A stretch of DNA of 64,000 nt from an uncultured Candidatus Saccharibacteria bacterium. GTDB lineage: Bacteria; Patescibacteriota; Minisyncoccia; Phycocordibacterales; UBA9973. Every line of letters starts with the position of its first letter. The stretch's first letter is position 1. Made by a program: the position numbers and the translations under genes. The notes below the pieces were generated by a model. It ran no database searches. It worked only from the letters and a program-made list of their open reading frames with translations, and was not told the origin of the DNA. Below are positions 1 through 10,553 of the stretch, piece by piece. The stretch lies in NCBI GenBank assembly GCA_964484005.1, contig CAZADR010000001.1, forward strand, positions 135,819-199,818, read 5' to 3'.

Positions 1-1
1 A

Positions 2-988
2 GACTCAGATTCATATACAGTAACTCCGCCTACTATATCTGGAGCATATGAGGGGACAGAAGGTACATATAAAATTGTGATTGATAAAAAAAATATATCA
101 GATGCTGACTTTCAACTTAGAACATATAATCTTGAGAGATTAGACAATGTAAAAGTTGAAGAGAGTGAACCAACTCGACTCGGAACATACGGACTTTTTG
201 TTTCATTTCCGGACGACATGGAAGGATATAATAATACACAATGGTATGTGACAATTCCTAATACAAAAAGTGTTTCGTATTTACTAAACTATAATGCCTA
301 TCAACAAGCTCTCAAGGCTCAAGAAAAAGCTGTTGCCGATGCAGAGGCCAATGTAGGGTTTGCTGATTCATCATCGGTCGTCGATGCACAGATTGCACAA
401 GCACAAGCAACAGTGGATAGTATTATTGCGAAAATTAAAAACACCAGAATTGTTGCTCCTATGGGTGGGACAATTACAGAGGTGGATATAAAAGTTGGAG
501 AATTAGCTCAAGCTTCCGCAGAAGTGATGAAATTGTTGAATGTGGAAGATTTGCACACAGAAGCTTTGATAAGCGAATCAGATATTGCTTCTGTTGTTGT
601 GGGGCAGGTTATTGATAATACCTTTGATGCTCTTGGACCAGATAAACATTTTGAAACTACCGTACTTACAGTAAATCCCGCTTCGACGGTTATTTCAGGT
701 GTAGTAAATTATAAAATAACTGGAAGTTTGGAAAAAATTCTTGAAGTGAAACCTGGTATGACTGCAAACATGACTATAAAAGTTGCAGAAAAGCAAAATG
801 TTTTGGTTGTACAATCAAGTGCAGTTATAAACAAAGACGGCAAACATTTTGTGAGAGTGATAGATGATCCTAAAAAGAAAACTTATACTGAAGTGGAGGT
901 GACGATTGGGCTCGATGCGGATGGTGGTTTAATGGAGATTACTTCCGGACTAAGTGAGGGACAAGAGATAGTAACTTATATAAAATAG
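2..988 (+). CDS. HlyD/MacA-family periplasmic adaptor subunit of an efflux transporter; 5' end cut by the window edge
   Basis: The reading frame is open from position 2 with no stop; the first in-window alternative start is a GTG at 77. The protein has an adaptor-like beta-barrel/lipoyl-like segment (RIVAPMGGTITEVDIKVGE...). It sits directly upstream of an ABC ATPase and two FtsX permeases, the MacAB arrangement. Confidence 0.7.
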   Translation, partial: DSDSYTVTPPTISGAYEGTEGTYKIVIDKKNISDADFQLRTYNLERLDNVKVEESEPTRLGTYGLFVSFPDDMEGYNNTQWYVTIPNTKSVSYLLNYNAYQQALKAQEKAVADAEANVGFADSSSVVDAQIAQAQATVDSIIAKIKNTRIVAPMGGTITEVDIKVGELAQASAEVMKLLNVEDLHTEALISESDIASVVVGQVIDNTFDALGPDKHFETTVLTVNPASTVISGVVNYKITGSLEKILEVKPGMTANMTIKVAEKQNVLVVQSSAVINKDGKHFVRVIDDPKKKTYTEVEVTIGLDADGGLMEITSGLSEGQEIVTYIK

Positions 989-1002
989 TTAACTTTTGTG
1001 TT

Positions 1003-1719
1003 GTGCCTATAATTAAAATAGAAAATTTAACAAAAGATTACATCAACGAAGGAGTAATTACTTCTGTCCTTCATGGTGTAGATTTTAGTATGGAGCAAGG
1101 AGAATTTGTAGCAATTATGGGACCATCTGGGTCTGGTAAATCAACTCTGATGCATATCTTGAGTTTTTTAGACAAGGCGAGTTCTGGTTTGTATGAGTTT
1201 GAAGGACAAGATACAAAAGATTTTGATAAAGATTATTTGGCAAAATTAAGAAATGAGCGTATCGGATTTGTTTTTCAATCATTCAATCTTTTGGCGCGCA
1301 CTACAGTCTTGGACAATGTAAAATTACCACTTACATATAGCAACAAGACAGACCATGATAGCTTGGCCAAAAAAGCTTTGGCAGATGTGGGTCTTTCTCA
1401 TCGTCTTGATTTTTTTACAAATCAAATTTCTGGAGGAGAAAAGCAACGTGTCGCGATAGCAAGGGCCTTGGTTTGTGATCCCGCTGTTATTTTTGCCGAT
1501 GAGCCAACTGGTAATCTTGATTCCAAATCCGGAAATGCCGTTTTGGAGATTTTACAAAGACTAAACGAAAGGGGACACACAATTATTTTAGTGACCCATG
1601 AGATGGATACCGCAAATCATGCAAAAAGGATAATCCATATCAAAGATGGCATGATTGTTGGGGATGAAAAAGTCCTAAAGCGAACGATCGCAAATGAAGA
1701 TGGAGTACTGAAAAAATAG
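1003..1719 (+). CDS. ABC transporter ATP-binding protein (MacB/LolD type)
   Basis: GTG start. Walker A is GPSGSGKST, the ABC signature is [15 protein letters not shown] and Walker B is [12 protein letters not shown]. Confidence 0.9.
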   Translation: MPIIKIENLTKDYINEGVITSVLHGVDFSMEQGEFVAIMGPSGSGKSTLMHILSFLDKASSGLYEFEGQDTKDFDKDYLAKLRNERIGFVFQSFNLLARTTVLDNVKLPLTYSNKTDHDSLAKKALADVGLSHRLDFFTNQISGGEKQRVAIARALVCDPAVIFADEPTGNLDSKSGNAVLEILQRLNERGHTIILVTHEMDTANHAKRIIHIKDGMIVGDEKVLKRTIANEDGVLKK

Positions 1720-1720
1720 C

Positions 1721-2992
1721 ATGAATTTTTTTTCAACTATAAAAATGACTATTCGTAGTTTACTTTCTAGGAAAGGAAGGTCTTTTTTGACCATGCTTGG
1801 AATTATTATCGGAGTTGCTGGTGTAATCGTGATAATTTCGCTTGGTGCAGGAGCACAATCTTTGGTCTTAGGTCAGGTCAACAAACTTGGCTCTAATCTT
1901 CTTTCTATTCAGCCTGGTAAAAGTGATCCCAAGGGTCCACCTGCACAAGTGTTTGGTGTTGTGGTGACTAGTCTGATAGAGCTTGATGCTGAAGCTTTGC
2001 GCTCTTCTGCTCAAGTTCCACATGCTGTCGCTGTGAATTCTTTGGTTCGCGGAGTGGGAACAGTCGTTTGGCAAAACAAAAGTACAGATACAAGCTTTAC
2101 TGGCACAGATTATGGATATGCAGATGTGGTTAATTTTACGATGGAGTCTGGAGAATTTATCAGCGAAGAAGCAAATAAGGGTGGAACAAAAGTGGTAGTT
2201 TTGGGTTCTAAGGTTGCGGAAGCTTTGTTTGGTGGTACGGGAGTAAATCCAGTAGGACAAGTTATAAAAGTTAGGAGTAATTCTCAAGCAGATGCTTTTG
2301 GTGTTCCTTTGCGGGTGGTGGGAGTCATAGAAAAAAGAGGTAGTGCTTTTTTCCAAGATCAAGATGATCAGATATTTATTCCACTTTCTATTGCGCAAGG
2401 GCAGCTTTTGGGTATTCATTATTTGCAAGCAATAAACATAAAAGTAGATTCTGCCGATAATATTGAACAAACTATAAATGATGTAACTAATACATTAAAA
2501 CAGAGACATCGTATTTTAACAGATGATGATATTGATTTTACAGTAAGAAACCAAGCCGCGGCTGTAGATATTTTAAAGACCATTACCAATGCTCTCAGTT
2601 TGTTTTTAACATCCATGGCGGCGATTGCTTTGGCTGTCGGTGGTATTGGTATTTTGAATATTATGCTTGCGACAGTAGCAGAAAGAACTCGTGAGATAGG
2701 ATTACGCAAGGCAGTAGGGGCGACCAATAGCATGATTATGAGACAGTTTTTACTTGAAGCTGGAACCCTTACTTTTATAGGTGGATTAATTGGGATTGTC
2801 GTTGGTGTCATAATGTCTTATTTGATGGCAGTTTTAATGAAATATATGGGTTTTGATTGGGCTTTTGTTATTTCTATTACTTCTGTATTTCTCGCTGTCG
2901 GTGTGTCTGTTTTGACTGGTGTTATTTTTGGTCTTTATCCTTCGTTTAAAGCATCTAAGTTGAATCCGATTGATGCTCTTCGGTATGAATAA
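1721..2992 (+). CDS. ABC transporter permease, FtsX/MacB-like
   Basis: ATG at 1721 follows the stop of the ATPase gene. There is an N-terminal TM helix, a large periplasmic domain and a C-terminal FtsX-like four-helix bundle (ERTREIGLRKAVGA...). Confidence 0.85.
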   Translation: MNFFSTIKMTIRSLLSRKGRSFLTMLGIIIGVAGVIVIISLGAGAQSLVLGQVNKLGSNLLSIQPGKSDPKGPPAQVFGVVVTSLIELDAEALRSSAQVPHAVAVNSLVRGVGTVVWQNKSTDTSFTGTDYGYADVVNFTMESGEFISEEANKGGTKVVVLGSKVAEALFGGTGVNPVGQVIKVRSNSQADAFGVPLRVVGVIEKRGSAFFQDQDDQIFIPLSIAQGQLLGIHYLQAINIKVDSADNIEQTINDVTNTLKQRHRILTDDDIDFTVRNQAAAVDILKTITNALSLFLTSMAAIALAVGGIGILNIMLATVAERTREIGLRKAVGATNSMIMRQFLLEAGTLTFIGGLIGIVVGVIMSYLMAVLMKYMGFDWAFVISITSVFLAVGVSVLTGVIFGLYPSFKASKLNPIDALRYE

Positions 2993-3010
2993 TTTTTCAA
3001 AATTTAACTT

Positions 3011-4255
3011 ATGACAAAAGCACTCAAACAATCTATCAAAGCACTGAAAGCCAATAAAGGTAGGACTTTTCTAACTATGCTTGGGATTATTATCGGTATT
3101 GGTACGGTTGTTTTGGTATTGTCTGCTGGGGCTGGTTTTCGTTCATTGATTGATTCACAAGTTGCTACTCTTGGGAGTAATACTTTATTTGTGCAGACGC
3201 ATATTCCTTCTGCTACTAAAAAAAGAAGTGAGGCAACAGATGGTCCAGGAGGAGCTATTGCTGGTGTTGTAATAACTAGTTTTAAACAAAGAGATTTAAA
3301 TAGTATAAATAAATTACAAAACGTAGCTGGAAGTTACGGTATTATTACGGGCCAAGCTGTTGCTGTTTATAGAAATAATAAAAAAAGTTCTATATATTAT
3401 GGGGTTGGAGCGGAGAGGTTTGATATAGACAAGACTACATTGTCTTTTGGCAGATTTTTTACAAAAACTGAAGACAATGGTGGAGCGCAAGTAGCTATAC
3501 TTGGGTCTAGTATTGCTGAAGATCTCTTTGGGCAAGACAACCCTATTGGGAAATTATTTAGATTGGGTTCATTAAACTTTCAAGTAATAGGTGTTTACAC
3601 TCCACAGGGAGCACTTTCTGAAAACGATGGAATTGTTTTTGTGCCACTCAATACGGCTCAGAAAAAATTGCTTGGGGTAGACTATATCACCGTCGGAGTG
3701 GTGGCTTTAAATGATATAGATAAAGCTGATTCTACGGCTGAACAAATAAAAATGGTTATGCGAGATAATCACAATATAACTGATGAGGCTAAGGATGATT
3801 TTATTGTTCAAACACAGGCACAGGCCTTGGAAACTTTTAACGTAATTTTTGATGGAATTACATATTTACTTATTGCCATTGCTGCAATTTCTCTTTTGGT
3901 GGGGGGGGTTGGAATTATGAATATTATGTATGTCGTCGTGACAGAAAGAACCGCGGAAATTGGACTTAAAAAAGCTCTTGGGGCGAGAGAGGCAGATATA
4001 TTAAAAGAGTTTTTGGTTGAGGCCGTTATTGTGACTGTTTTGGGAGGGGTAATAGGAATAGGCCTCGGTGCGTTTTTGGGTTTTGTTGTATCTCTTGTCG
4101 CCAAAGGTGCCAACTTAGCTTGGACATTTTCTGTTCCTGTTTACGCAATTGTTCTTAGCTTTGGTGTCTCTGCTATTATTGGAATTTCTTTTGGAGTTTT
4201 TCCAGCTAGATCAGCGGCAAAAATGGATCCCATAGAGGCACTAAGATATGAATAA
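3011..4255 (+). CDS. ABC transporter permease, FtsX/MacB-like (second paralog)
   Basis: It is a paralog of the preceding gene and shares the same LTMLGIIIG... N-terminus and ERT.EIGL.KA.GA motif. Confidence 0.85.
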   Translation: MTKALKQSIKALKANKGRTFLTMLGIIIGIGTVVLVLSAGAGFRSLIDSQVATLGSNTLFVQTHIPSATKKRSEATDGPGGAIAGVVITSFKQRDLNSINKLQNVAGSYGIITGQAVAVYRNNKKSSIYYGVGAERFDIDKTTLSFGRFFTKTEDNGGAQVAILGSSIAEDLFGQDNPIGKLFRLGSLNFQVIGVYTPQGALSENDGIVFVPLNTAQKKLLGVDYITVGVVALNDIDKADSTAEQIKMVMRDNHNITDEAKDDFIVQTQAQALETFNVIFDGITYLLIAIAAISLLVGGVGIMNIMYVVVTERTAEIGLKKALGAREADILKEFLVEAVIVTVLGGVIGIGLGAFLGFVVSLVAKGANLAWTFSVPVYAIVLSFGVSAIIGISFGVFPARSAAKMDPIEALRYE

Positions 4256-4277
4256 TATTGTGCTATAATCTTGTTAT

Positions 4278-4493
4278 ATGTTTCAAAATTTTTTACTTAA
4301 AAAAATGCTTCGAACTCAAGGTGTACCAGAAGCACAGATAGATATGTTTATAAAAATGATGGAGAAAAATCCGGAATTATTTAAGAAAATTGCTTCTGAA
4401 GTTCAAGAAAAAATAAAAGGGGGCGCAGATCAGCAAGAAGCTTCTATGGAAATAATGAAAAAGTATGAAGAAGAACTGAAAAAGTTAATCTAA
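4278..4493 (+). CDS. hypothetical small helical protein (71 aa)
   Basis: The ORF lies in an intergenic gap and has host-like AT-rich codon usage. I recognised no motif. Confidence 0.3.
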   Translation: MFQNFLLKKMLRTQGVPEAQIDMFIKMMEKNPELFKKIASEVQEKIKGGADQQEASMEIMKKYEEELKKLI

Positions 4494-4601
4494 TTAGCTT
4501 GCTAAATAATCCTTATTTTTAAGACAAATATGTTATTTATCTTCTTGTGGATAACTTTTTTGGTGTTTTTGGGTTTATAATATAAAGAATTATGTAAGTT
4601 T

Positions 4602-6500
4602 ATGAGTAAGACTTTAAAGAAAAAACTAAATAAAAAACTGATTGAAAAATGTTCACCAAATAAGACACCTGAGGGTGAAGAGAAGTTTCGTGTCTTGTTT
4701 GAAAATGCTAAAGCAGGAATTTTCTTAATGTCTCTCGGGGGTGATATTTTAGAGTTGAATAAATCTTTTGCTAAAATGCACGGCTACACAGTGAGTGAAA
4801 TGAAAAGAATGAACTTGAAAGACTTGGATACTCCAGAAACTTCTAAGCTTAGACTTATGCGAATGAAAAAAGTATTAGCAGGCGAAGGGGTTAATTTTGA
4901 GGTGGAACAATATTGTAAAAATGGTAAGATTATTCCAATTGAGGTGTCTACAAATCTTGTAAAAATCGGAGGTCAAAAATATATTCTAGCTTTCCATCAC
5001 AATATTGCTGAAAGAAGAAAAATTGAAAATGCGTTAAAAGAAAGTGAAAGAAAATACAAAGAATTATTTAATGATGCTAATGATGCGATTTGGTTGTTGG
5101 ATGGAAATATGTTTGTTGAGTGCAATAAAGGAGCTGTAAGATTGTTTGATTGCAAAAACCTTAATGAGATTGTTGGTCATTCTCCAATAGATTTTTCTCC
5201 GAAGAGGCAACCAGACGGACAAGAGTCAAAAAAGAAAGCTCTTAAGGTAATAAAATTAGCCTTAGCTGGGCGCCCGCAAAGATTTTATTGGCAACACTTT
5301 ACCAAGAATGGAAAATTAATTGATGCTGAAATCTCTTTAAGTAGAATTAATTTAAAGAATAAGTTTTTTGTTCAAGCAATAGGGAGAGATATAACAGAAA
5401 GAAAAAGAGCTGAAGAAAAATTTAAAGAAAGCGAATATTTCTTCAAAGAATCTCAAAAAGCTGCACTCATTGGTTCTTATAAAACAGACTTTATTAAAGG
5501 TGTCTGGGAGTCTTCCGAAGTTTTGGACGATATATTTGGTATTCAAAAAAACTATAAAAGAAACGTACAAGGTTGGCTAGATTTAATTTATCTTGAAGAT
5601 CAAAAGATGATGGATAAATATTTGAGCGAAGATGTGATAAAAAAACACAATTTGTTTAATAAAGAATATAGAATTGTGCGAAAGTCAGACGGGCAAGTCA
5701 GATGGGTGCTTGGTTTGGGTAAAATATCTTTAAATAAAAAGCATCAAGTCGTCTCAATGACTGGAACAATTCAAGACATAAACGACAGAGTAGAAAAAGA
5801 AAAGAAATTAGAACAAGCCAAGAATGATTTTTTGTCATTGGCTTCACATCAATTTAGAACTCCCTTGTCAGCAACCAAGTGGGTTTTGGAATCCTTAGAA
5901 GATGATGAAAATTTTACACTTAAACAAAAAGATAAATTAAATTCTTTGGTAATTTCTAACGAAAGATTGATAAATCTTGTAAATGACATGTTGGATGTCA
6001 CAAAGATTGAGTCAGGAAAATTAACTATCAATAAAAAACAAGTTGATCTCAAGGTTCTAATTAATGATTTGATTGTGTTATTGAAACCTTTAATAAATAA
6101 ATATAAAAAAGATATAAAAACAATACTGCCTTTAAATATTAAAAATGTATATTGTGATCCTGTTTTAATGAGTGAAGCGTTAAAAAACCTTTTAACTAAT
6201 GCTATAATTTATTCACTAGAGGGTTCTCAAGATATAATATTAGAGGTTAAAAATCGCACAAAAGATTATTTAATTTCAGTTCATAATGATGGTTTTATTA
6301 AAAAAACATCACTTGGAGATATTAAGAAATTTGAGAAATTTGTACGAGGACAAGGAGCTTCTGATAGACAACCAGAGGGGAGTGGTCTTGGTTTGTATAT
6401 TACCAACAATATCTTAAAAGCTAGTGGTGAATCTTTTTGGTGTGAGTCGAACACCAAATTTGGCACAAGTTTTTACTTAACAATAACCAAAAAGAATTAA
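4602..6500 (+). CDS. PAS-domain sensor histidine kinase
   Basis: There are repeated PAS-like segments. The HisKA H-box is LASHQFRTPL, and a C-terminal HATPase_c region carries N, G1 (DGFI) and G2 (GSGLGL) boxes. Confidence 0.85.
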   Translation: MSKTLKKKLNKKLIEKCSPNKTPEGEEKFRVLFENAKAGIFLMSLGGDILELNKSFAKMHGYTVSEMKRMNLKDLDTPETSKLRLMRMKKVLAGEGVNFEVEQYCKNGKIIPIEVSTNLVKIGGQKYILAFHHNIAERRKIENALKESERKYKELFNDANDAIWLLDGNMFVECNKGAVRLFDCKNLNEIVGHSPIDFSPKRQPDGQESKKKALKVIKLALAGRPQRFYWQHFTKNGKLIDAEISLSRINLKNKFFVQAIGRDITERKRAEEKFKESEYFFKESQKAALIGSYKTDFIKGVWESSEVLDDIFGIQKNYKRNVQGWLDLIYLEDQKMMDKYLSEDVIKKHNLFNKEYRIVRKSDGQVRWVLGLGKISLNKKHQVVSMTGTIQDINDRVEKEKKLEQAKNDFLSLASHQFRTPLSATKWVLESLEDDENFTLKQKDKLNSLVISNERLINLVNDMLDVTKIESGKLTINKKQVDLKVLINDLIVLLKPLINKYKKDIKTILPLNIKNVYCDPVLMSEALKNLLTNAIIYSLEGSQDIILEVKNRTKDYLISVHNDGFIKKTSLGDIKKFEKFVRGQGASDRQPEGSGLGLYITNNILKASGESFWCESNTKFGTSFYLTITKKN

Positions 6501-6525
6501 AAAATTATTAAACTAATATATATTT

Positions 6526-6927
6526 ATGACAAAAGAAGACTTAAACATTTTGATTTTAGTGGTTGAAGATGAAAAGATATTAGCAGATACTCTTGAAGAG
6601 AAATTGGTTTCAGAGGGTTTTAATGTAACGAAAGCATATGATGGTGAGGAGGGCTTGAAGTTGGCAATGTCCAAGCATCCAAATTTAATTTTGCTGGATC
6701 TTCTGATGCCCAAAATGGATGGGATGGCTTTTTTGAAAGAATTACGAAAAGATGCCAGTTGGGGAAAAAATGTTCCCGTAATTATTTTAACAAATCTTTC
6801 TTCGCACGATGAACAAAGAAATAAAGACATAGTAGAGTTAGAACCCTCATATTATTTTATGAAAACCGACAAAAGTACAGAAGAAATTGTAGAAAAGATA
6901 AAAGAAAGATTAAATATTCCGAACTAA
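6526..6927 (+). CDS. response regulator, stand-alone receiver (CheY-like) domain
   Basis: It has the VVEDE acidic pocket, a phospho-acceptor Asp in LILLDLLMP, and a conserved T/K downstream. No output domain is present. It sits immediately after the kinase gene. Confidence 0.85.
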   Translation: MTKEDLNILILVVEDEKILADTLEEKLVSEGFNVTKAYDGEEGLKLAMSKHPNLILLDLLMPKMDGMAFLKELRKDASWGKNVPVIILTNLSSHDEQRNKDIVELEPSYYFMKTDKSTEEIVEKIKERLNIPN

Positions 6928-7023
6928 AACAACTCCAACGTAAACACTAGGTTTAAGGGTATTGTTTATGTTTATCCGATAAAACTTGAAAAGCCCGAAA
7001 ATGGAAGACTACTTTTAACTGAC

Positions 7024-7323
7024 ATGCTGACAACAATGAATGAATTAGTTTCCACAAAGGCGGCTTGGTATAACACTATTTTTGCAAATTGTACTTCGAG
7101 CATTGCCAAACACGTAAACAACATTTCTCCTGGTCGTATTTCTAAGTTTTCTTGGCAGTTATGGTTGACAGCCTCGGCTGATAAGCTTGCTCTTAAACAC
7201 GGACTTTTGGACACTACTCTTTCCATAGAACAAGCCAGAGAAAAATACTCTATTAATGAGTCTTCAGAGCGAGCAGGAGATGTGCCAAGTTATTCAGCTG
7301 AAATTAGGAAATTTAAAGATTGA
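7024..7323 (+). CDS. hypothetical protein (very uncertain; the region may be non-coding)
   Basis: A 99-codon ORF with no Shine-Dalgarno. It overlaps an 84-codon ORF on the opposite strand (6972..7226). GC here is somewhat above the local background. Confidence 0.2.
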   Translation: MLTTMNELVSTKAAWYNTIFANCTSSIAKHVNNISPGRISKFSWQLWLTASADKLALKHGLLDTTLSIEQAREKYSINESSERAGDVPSYSAEIRKFKD

Positions 7324-7385
7324 ATATTACAACAAGCATGATAATTGTGTTATTATATATACCATATTAGCTAATCATAAATTAT

Positions 7386-10300
7386 ATGTTTGATATTATA
7401 GTAATTGGGTTTATCATTTTTTTAGTAATTAGACAAAGTGGTCGTATTTCCCGAATTGAAAAACTACTTGAAGGAAAGGTTCAAAATAAGACTGTAGAAA
7501 ACAAGGAAGGAGTAGCTTCGGAGCCGCTTGTAGTTGCTACCACACCTCAAACTAGTGCTAGGGAGACATTGGTAGAGCAAAAGATAGAGCCTGTCCCCGA
7601 TATAAAAATTAAATTAGATGAAGAAGCTTCTGGGCGCTTTCTTGGTAAGGTTGGCATTGGCGCTGTTCTTGTAGGCGTGGCTTTCTTTTTGAAATATGCT
7701 TTTGATAATAATTGGGTTGGTCCCACCGGGCGAGTGATGATTGGTATTTTGACTGGAGTCATATTTCTCATAATTGGACAGATATTACGAAAAAAATATC
7801 TTCGTTACTCCGACATGCTCATGGGTGGTGGTATCGCTATTCTTTATTTGTCAGTTTACTCTGCGCAGGCTTTTTATCACCTTATTGACCCGCTTATGGC
7901 CGGTTTTTTCATGTTGATTGTGACTGTGCTTGCTTTTGCTATTAGTATTGCGAATGCTACGATGACTCTCGCTTTTGTGGGAATTATTGGTGGTTTTGCA
8001 ACACCTTTCCTTTCCGGGGTAAAAGAAAATAACATGATGATGCTCTTTGGGTATCTTATGCTTTTGAACGTAGGCGTTCTCGGAGTGTCATTTTTCAAAA
8101 AGTGGCCACAAATCATAGTTGTTGCGTTTATTGGTACAGCGATTAATTTCCTTTCATGGTACTTTTCTTTTTATACGGAAAGTGTACTTGCTTCGACGTT
8201 ATTTTTCTTATTTATTTCTTTTGTTATTTTTCTTGTTGCAAGCATTGCCCGCGTCGTTAACGCTGGCCTAAAAGCAGATGAAGGTGATTATTTTTTACTT
8301 GGCATGGATGCATTTGGATTTGCGGTAATGAGTTATATATTACTTGCGCCCAACCACGATGAGGTGCTTGGTTTTGGGGCTGTGTTTATTGCTTTCATTT
8401 ATATGCTGATTGCTTACACTGCTAATAAGTTTAATCCTTCCGATCGAGCACTCAATATTTTTCTTCCGGGACTTGCGGTGACTTTTCTTTCGATTGCTGT
8501 TCCGCTTCAATTTGATGGTCCATGGATTGCGGTTGCTTGGCTCGTTGAAGCATGCATGCTTTACTTTATCTCTTCCATGATTAGCAACCGAGGTTTTCAG
8601 ATTATGGGTATTGTTGTTTATTGTCTCGGAATTATTGATTTCTTTATATGGTATATATCTCATGGACTTGAGAGAATAACAGATTTTGTCCCTATCTTTA
8701 ATACTACTTTTGCTATCTCTATTGTTGCTGTTGTTGTGGCTTATCTCATCGCGTATATGTATGTGAAATACGGAAGCATTACCGAGGAAATTCGGGATCG
8801 AGGAATTGTTGTGTTTATAATTGTAGCTAATGTTCTCACTATTTTTGCTTTTACTACGCAAGTTATAGAGTATCACGGTGCGAAGTCCGCTGTGTTAAGA
8901 GAACAATACGAATTGACTATTCGTGATGCTAGTTTGTATAACACGGGATACGATTATTCTGATACTCAAAGTAATAATGCAAACAATTTTTATGAGGAAA
9001 ATGAAAGTATTCAAAATCAGTCCAACACCATAGTGTCAATTTTATGGGCTCTCTACGCTGCATTATTGACTGGTATTGGTTTTGCCAAGCGATATGCCGG
9101 CATACGACGCCTCGGTTTAATTTTGTTTGTAGTTACTGGAGTAAAAGTTGTAATGGATGTGTGGAGTCTAGGTCAGCTTTATCGAATCATCTCGTTTATA
9201 GTCTTTGGAATCATTGCACTCATTGCATCATTTGCATACGCGAAATACAAAGATCGCCTGAAGGCTATCATCGTTTTGGTTCTGCTCCTCGTGTCTGGTT
9301 TTTCATTTTCAGTAACTCATGCAAGGTTTAATCTTGAAGCATGGCAGTATCTTCGTACACTTTCCGTGCCGATGACATCTGATTTTGCAAAAATAGTATT
9401 ACCTTTAGATATCTCGCGAACAAGTTCAAACTTTAGTGATATCCGCATTATCGACCAGAACGGAAACGAATCGCCGTATTTAATTACAAGAAATACATCG
9501 GTTAAAGGAGGAGTTGTAACTGCGCAAGTGCTCAACGAGACTACATTAAATGGTAGTACACAATTTATTGTTGATAGCGGGGAAGATGCTGTTGTGCGAA
9601 CACGTATTGCTCTTTCTACTAGTACAAATAATTTTAAACGTCAGGTGGGCATATATTCATCGCACACGATGTTGCCGATAAACAGTCCTCTCTGGGCGCT
9701 CGTAACTGACAAAGGATATATATTTAAATTTACTGATACAGTGACGGGCTTTAGTTCTGGCAAAAGTGAAATTGATTTTAGCGCAAATACTGCGCGATAT
9801 TTTAAAGTGGTGATTGGCGGAGGCGAAGAAGGAGCTGTGGATGTTACAGGGGCGGTGCTTTATGGTGATATAGCACTAATTACTCCTACGTATGTAAAAA
9901 CTGTTCCTGCCACGGTATACAACAATCCATCAAACAGAACTACTGAAGTTACAATTGATCTCGGTGTTTCAGGATATCTTACCCACGCAATCAATTTAAT
10001 TTCTTCCGATCGAAATTACAGTCGAAAAGTTATATTGGAATCATCAAATGACAATGTGACATTTTCGCGTATCGGAGAGGGGTATATTTCAAATATTTCC
10101 ACATCCCTATTTACGGGTTCTTCAAATCGGGTATCGTATCCTGAACAAAAGACACGTTACATTCGAGCTTCTATAGTGAATGATGACAACATGCCAATTA
10201 TGATTAATGGGAATTTGGAAATTGAAGGCCCAGTAGTTTCCGCAATTTTTGAAATGAAACAAGGAGGAACATACACGCTTTACTACGGTAATCCAGCAGC

Positions 10301-10547
10301 AGAATCATCGGTGTACGACATCGGAAGAATATCCTCATATATAGAAGAGAATGCAATTCCAGTTGTTTCCCTCGGGGAAGAGTCATTGAATTCTGCATAT
10401 GTCGCACCCAAAGGGCCCGTTGTTCCGTTTACCGAGTCAAATAAGTGGCTTTTAAATACGCTGTTGGTTCTTGTCGTACTTATACTAGGAGCGGGTATCG
10501 GTATGTATCTCCGGAATTTTAAAAAGACTAATAATGGTTTCGAATAA
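7386..10547 (+). CDS. large polytopic membrane protein (possibly DUF2339-like) fused to a ~400-aa extracytoplasmic domain ending in a TM anchor
   Basis: There are about 20 predicted hydrophobic helices in the first ~630 aa. A hydrophilic Ser/Thr/Asn-rich domain follows, then a final helix LLNTLLVLVVLILGAGIGMYL. The family assignment is from memory only. Confidence 0.6.
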   Translation: MFDIIVIGFIIFLVIRQSGRISRIEKLLEGKVQNKTVENKEGVASEPLVVATTPQTSARETLVEQKIEPVPDIKIKLDEEASGRFLGKVGIGAVLVGVAFFLKYAFDNNWVGPTGRVMIGILTGVIFLIIGQILRKKYLRYSDMLMGGGIAILYLSVYSAQAFYHLIDPLMAGFFMLIVTVLAFAISIANATMTLAFVGIIGGFATPFLSGVKENNMMMLFGYLMLLNVGVLGVSFFKKWPQIIVVAFIGTAINFLSWYFSFYTESVLASTLFFLFISFVIFLVASIARVVNAGLKADEGDYFLLGMDAFGFAVMSYILLAPNHDEVLGFGAVFIAFIYMLIAYTANKFNPSDRALNIFLPGLAVTFLSIAVPLQFDGPWIAVAWLVEACMLYFISSMISNRGFQIMGIVVYCLGIIDFFIWYISHGLERITDFVPIFNTTFAISIVAVVVAYLIAYMYVKYGSITEEIRDRGIVVFIIVANVLTIFAFTTQVIEYHGAKSAVLREQYELTIRDASLYNTGYDYSDTQSNNANNFYEENESIQNQSNTIVSILWALYAALLTGIGFAKRYAGIRRLGLILFVVTGVKVVMDVWSLGQLYRIISFIVFGIIALIASFAYAKYKDRLKAIIVLVLLLVSGFSFSVTHARFNLEAWQYLRTLSVPMTSDFAKIVLPLDISRTSSNFSDIRIIDQNGNESPYLITRNTSVKGGVVTAQVLNETTLNGSTQFIVDSGEDAVVRTRIALSTSTNNFKRQVGIYSSHTMLPINSPLWALVTDKGYIFKFTDTVTGFSSGKSEIDFSANTARYFKVVIGGGEEGAVDVTGAVLYGDIALITPTYVKTVPATVYNNPSNRTTEVTIDLGVSGYLTHAINLISSDRNYSRKVILESSNDNVTFSRIGEGYISNISTSLFTGSSNRVSYPEQKTRYIRASIVNDDNMPIMINGNLEIEGPVVSAIFEMKQGGTYTLYYGNPAAESSVYDIGRISSYIEENAIPVVSLGEESLNSAYVAPKGPVVPFTESNKWLLNTLLVLVVLILGAGIGMYLRNFKKTNNGFE

Positions 10548-10553
10548 ACAGCA

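Noticed and set aside
1868-2811. Minus-strand ORFs 1868..2470 and 2419..2811, and similar antisense ORFs inside valS, tsaD, leuS and others
   Set aside because: They are antisense to strongly supported genes. They have no motifs and Leu/Ser/Ile-rich low-complexity translations typical of AT-rich antisense frames.
3901-3908. G8 run inside the second FtsX permease gene as a possible frameshift-type phase-variation site
   Set aside because: It encodes Gly-Gly (GGG GGG) in a conserved hydrophobic helix. Similar G6-G7 runs occur for Gly-Gly in lepA. Without population data there is nothing to separate it from ordinary codon choice, and it is less compelling than the promoter tract.
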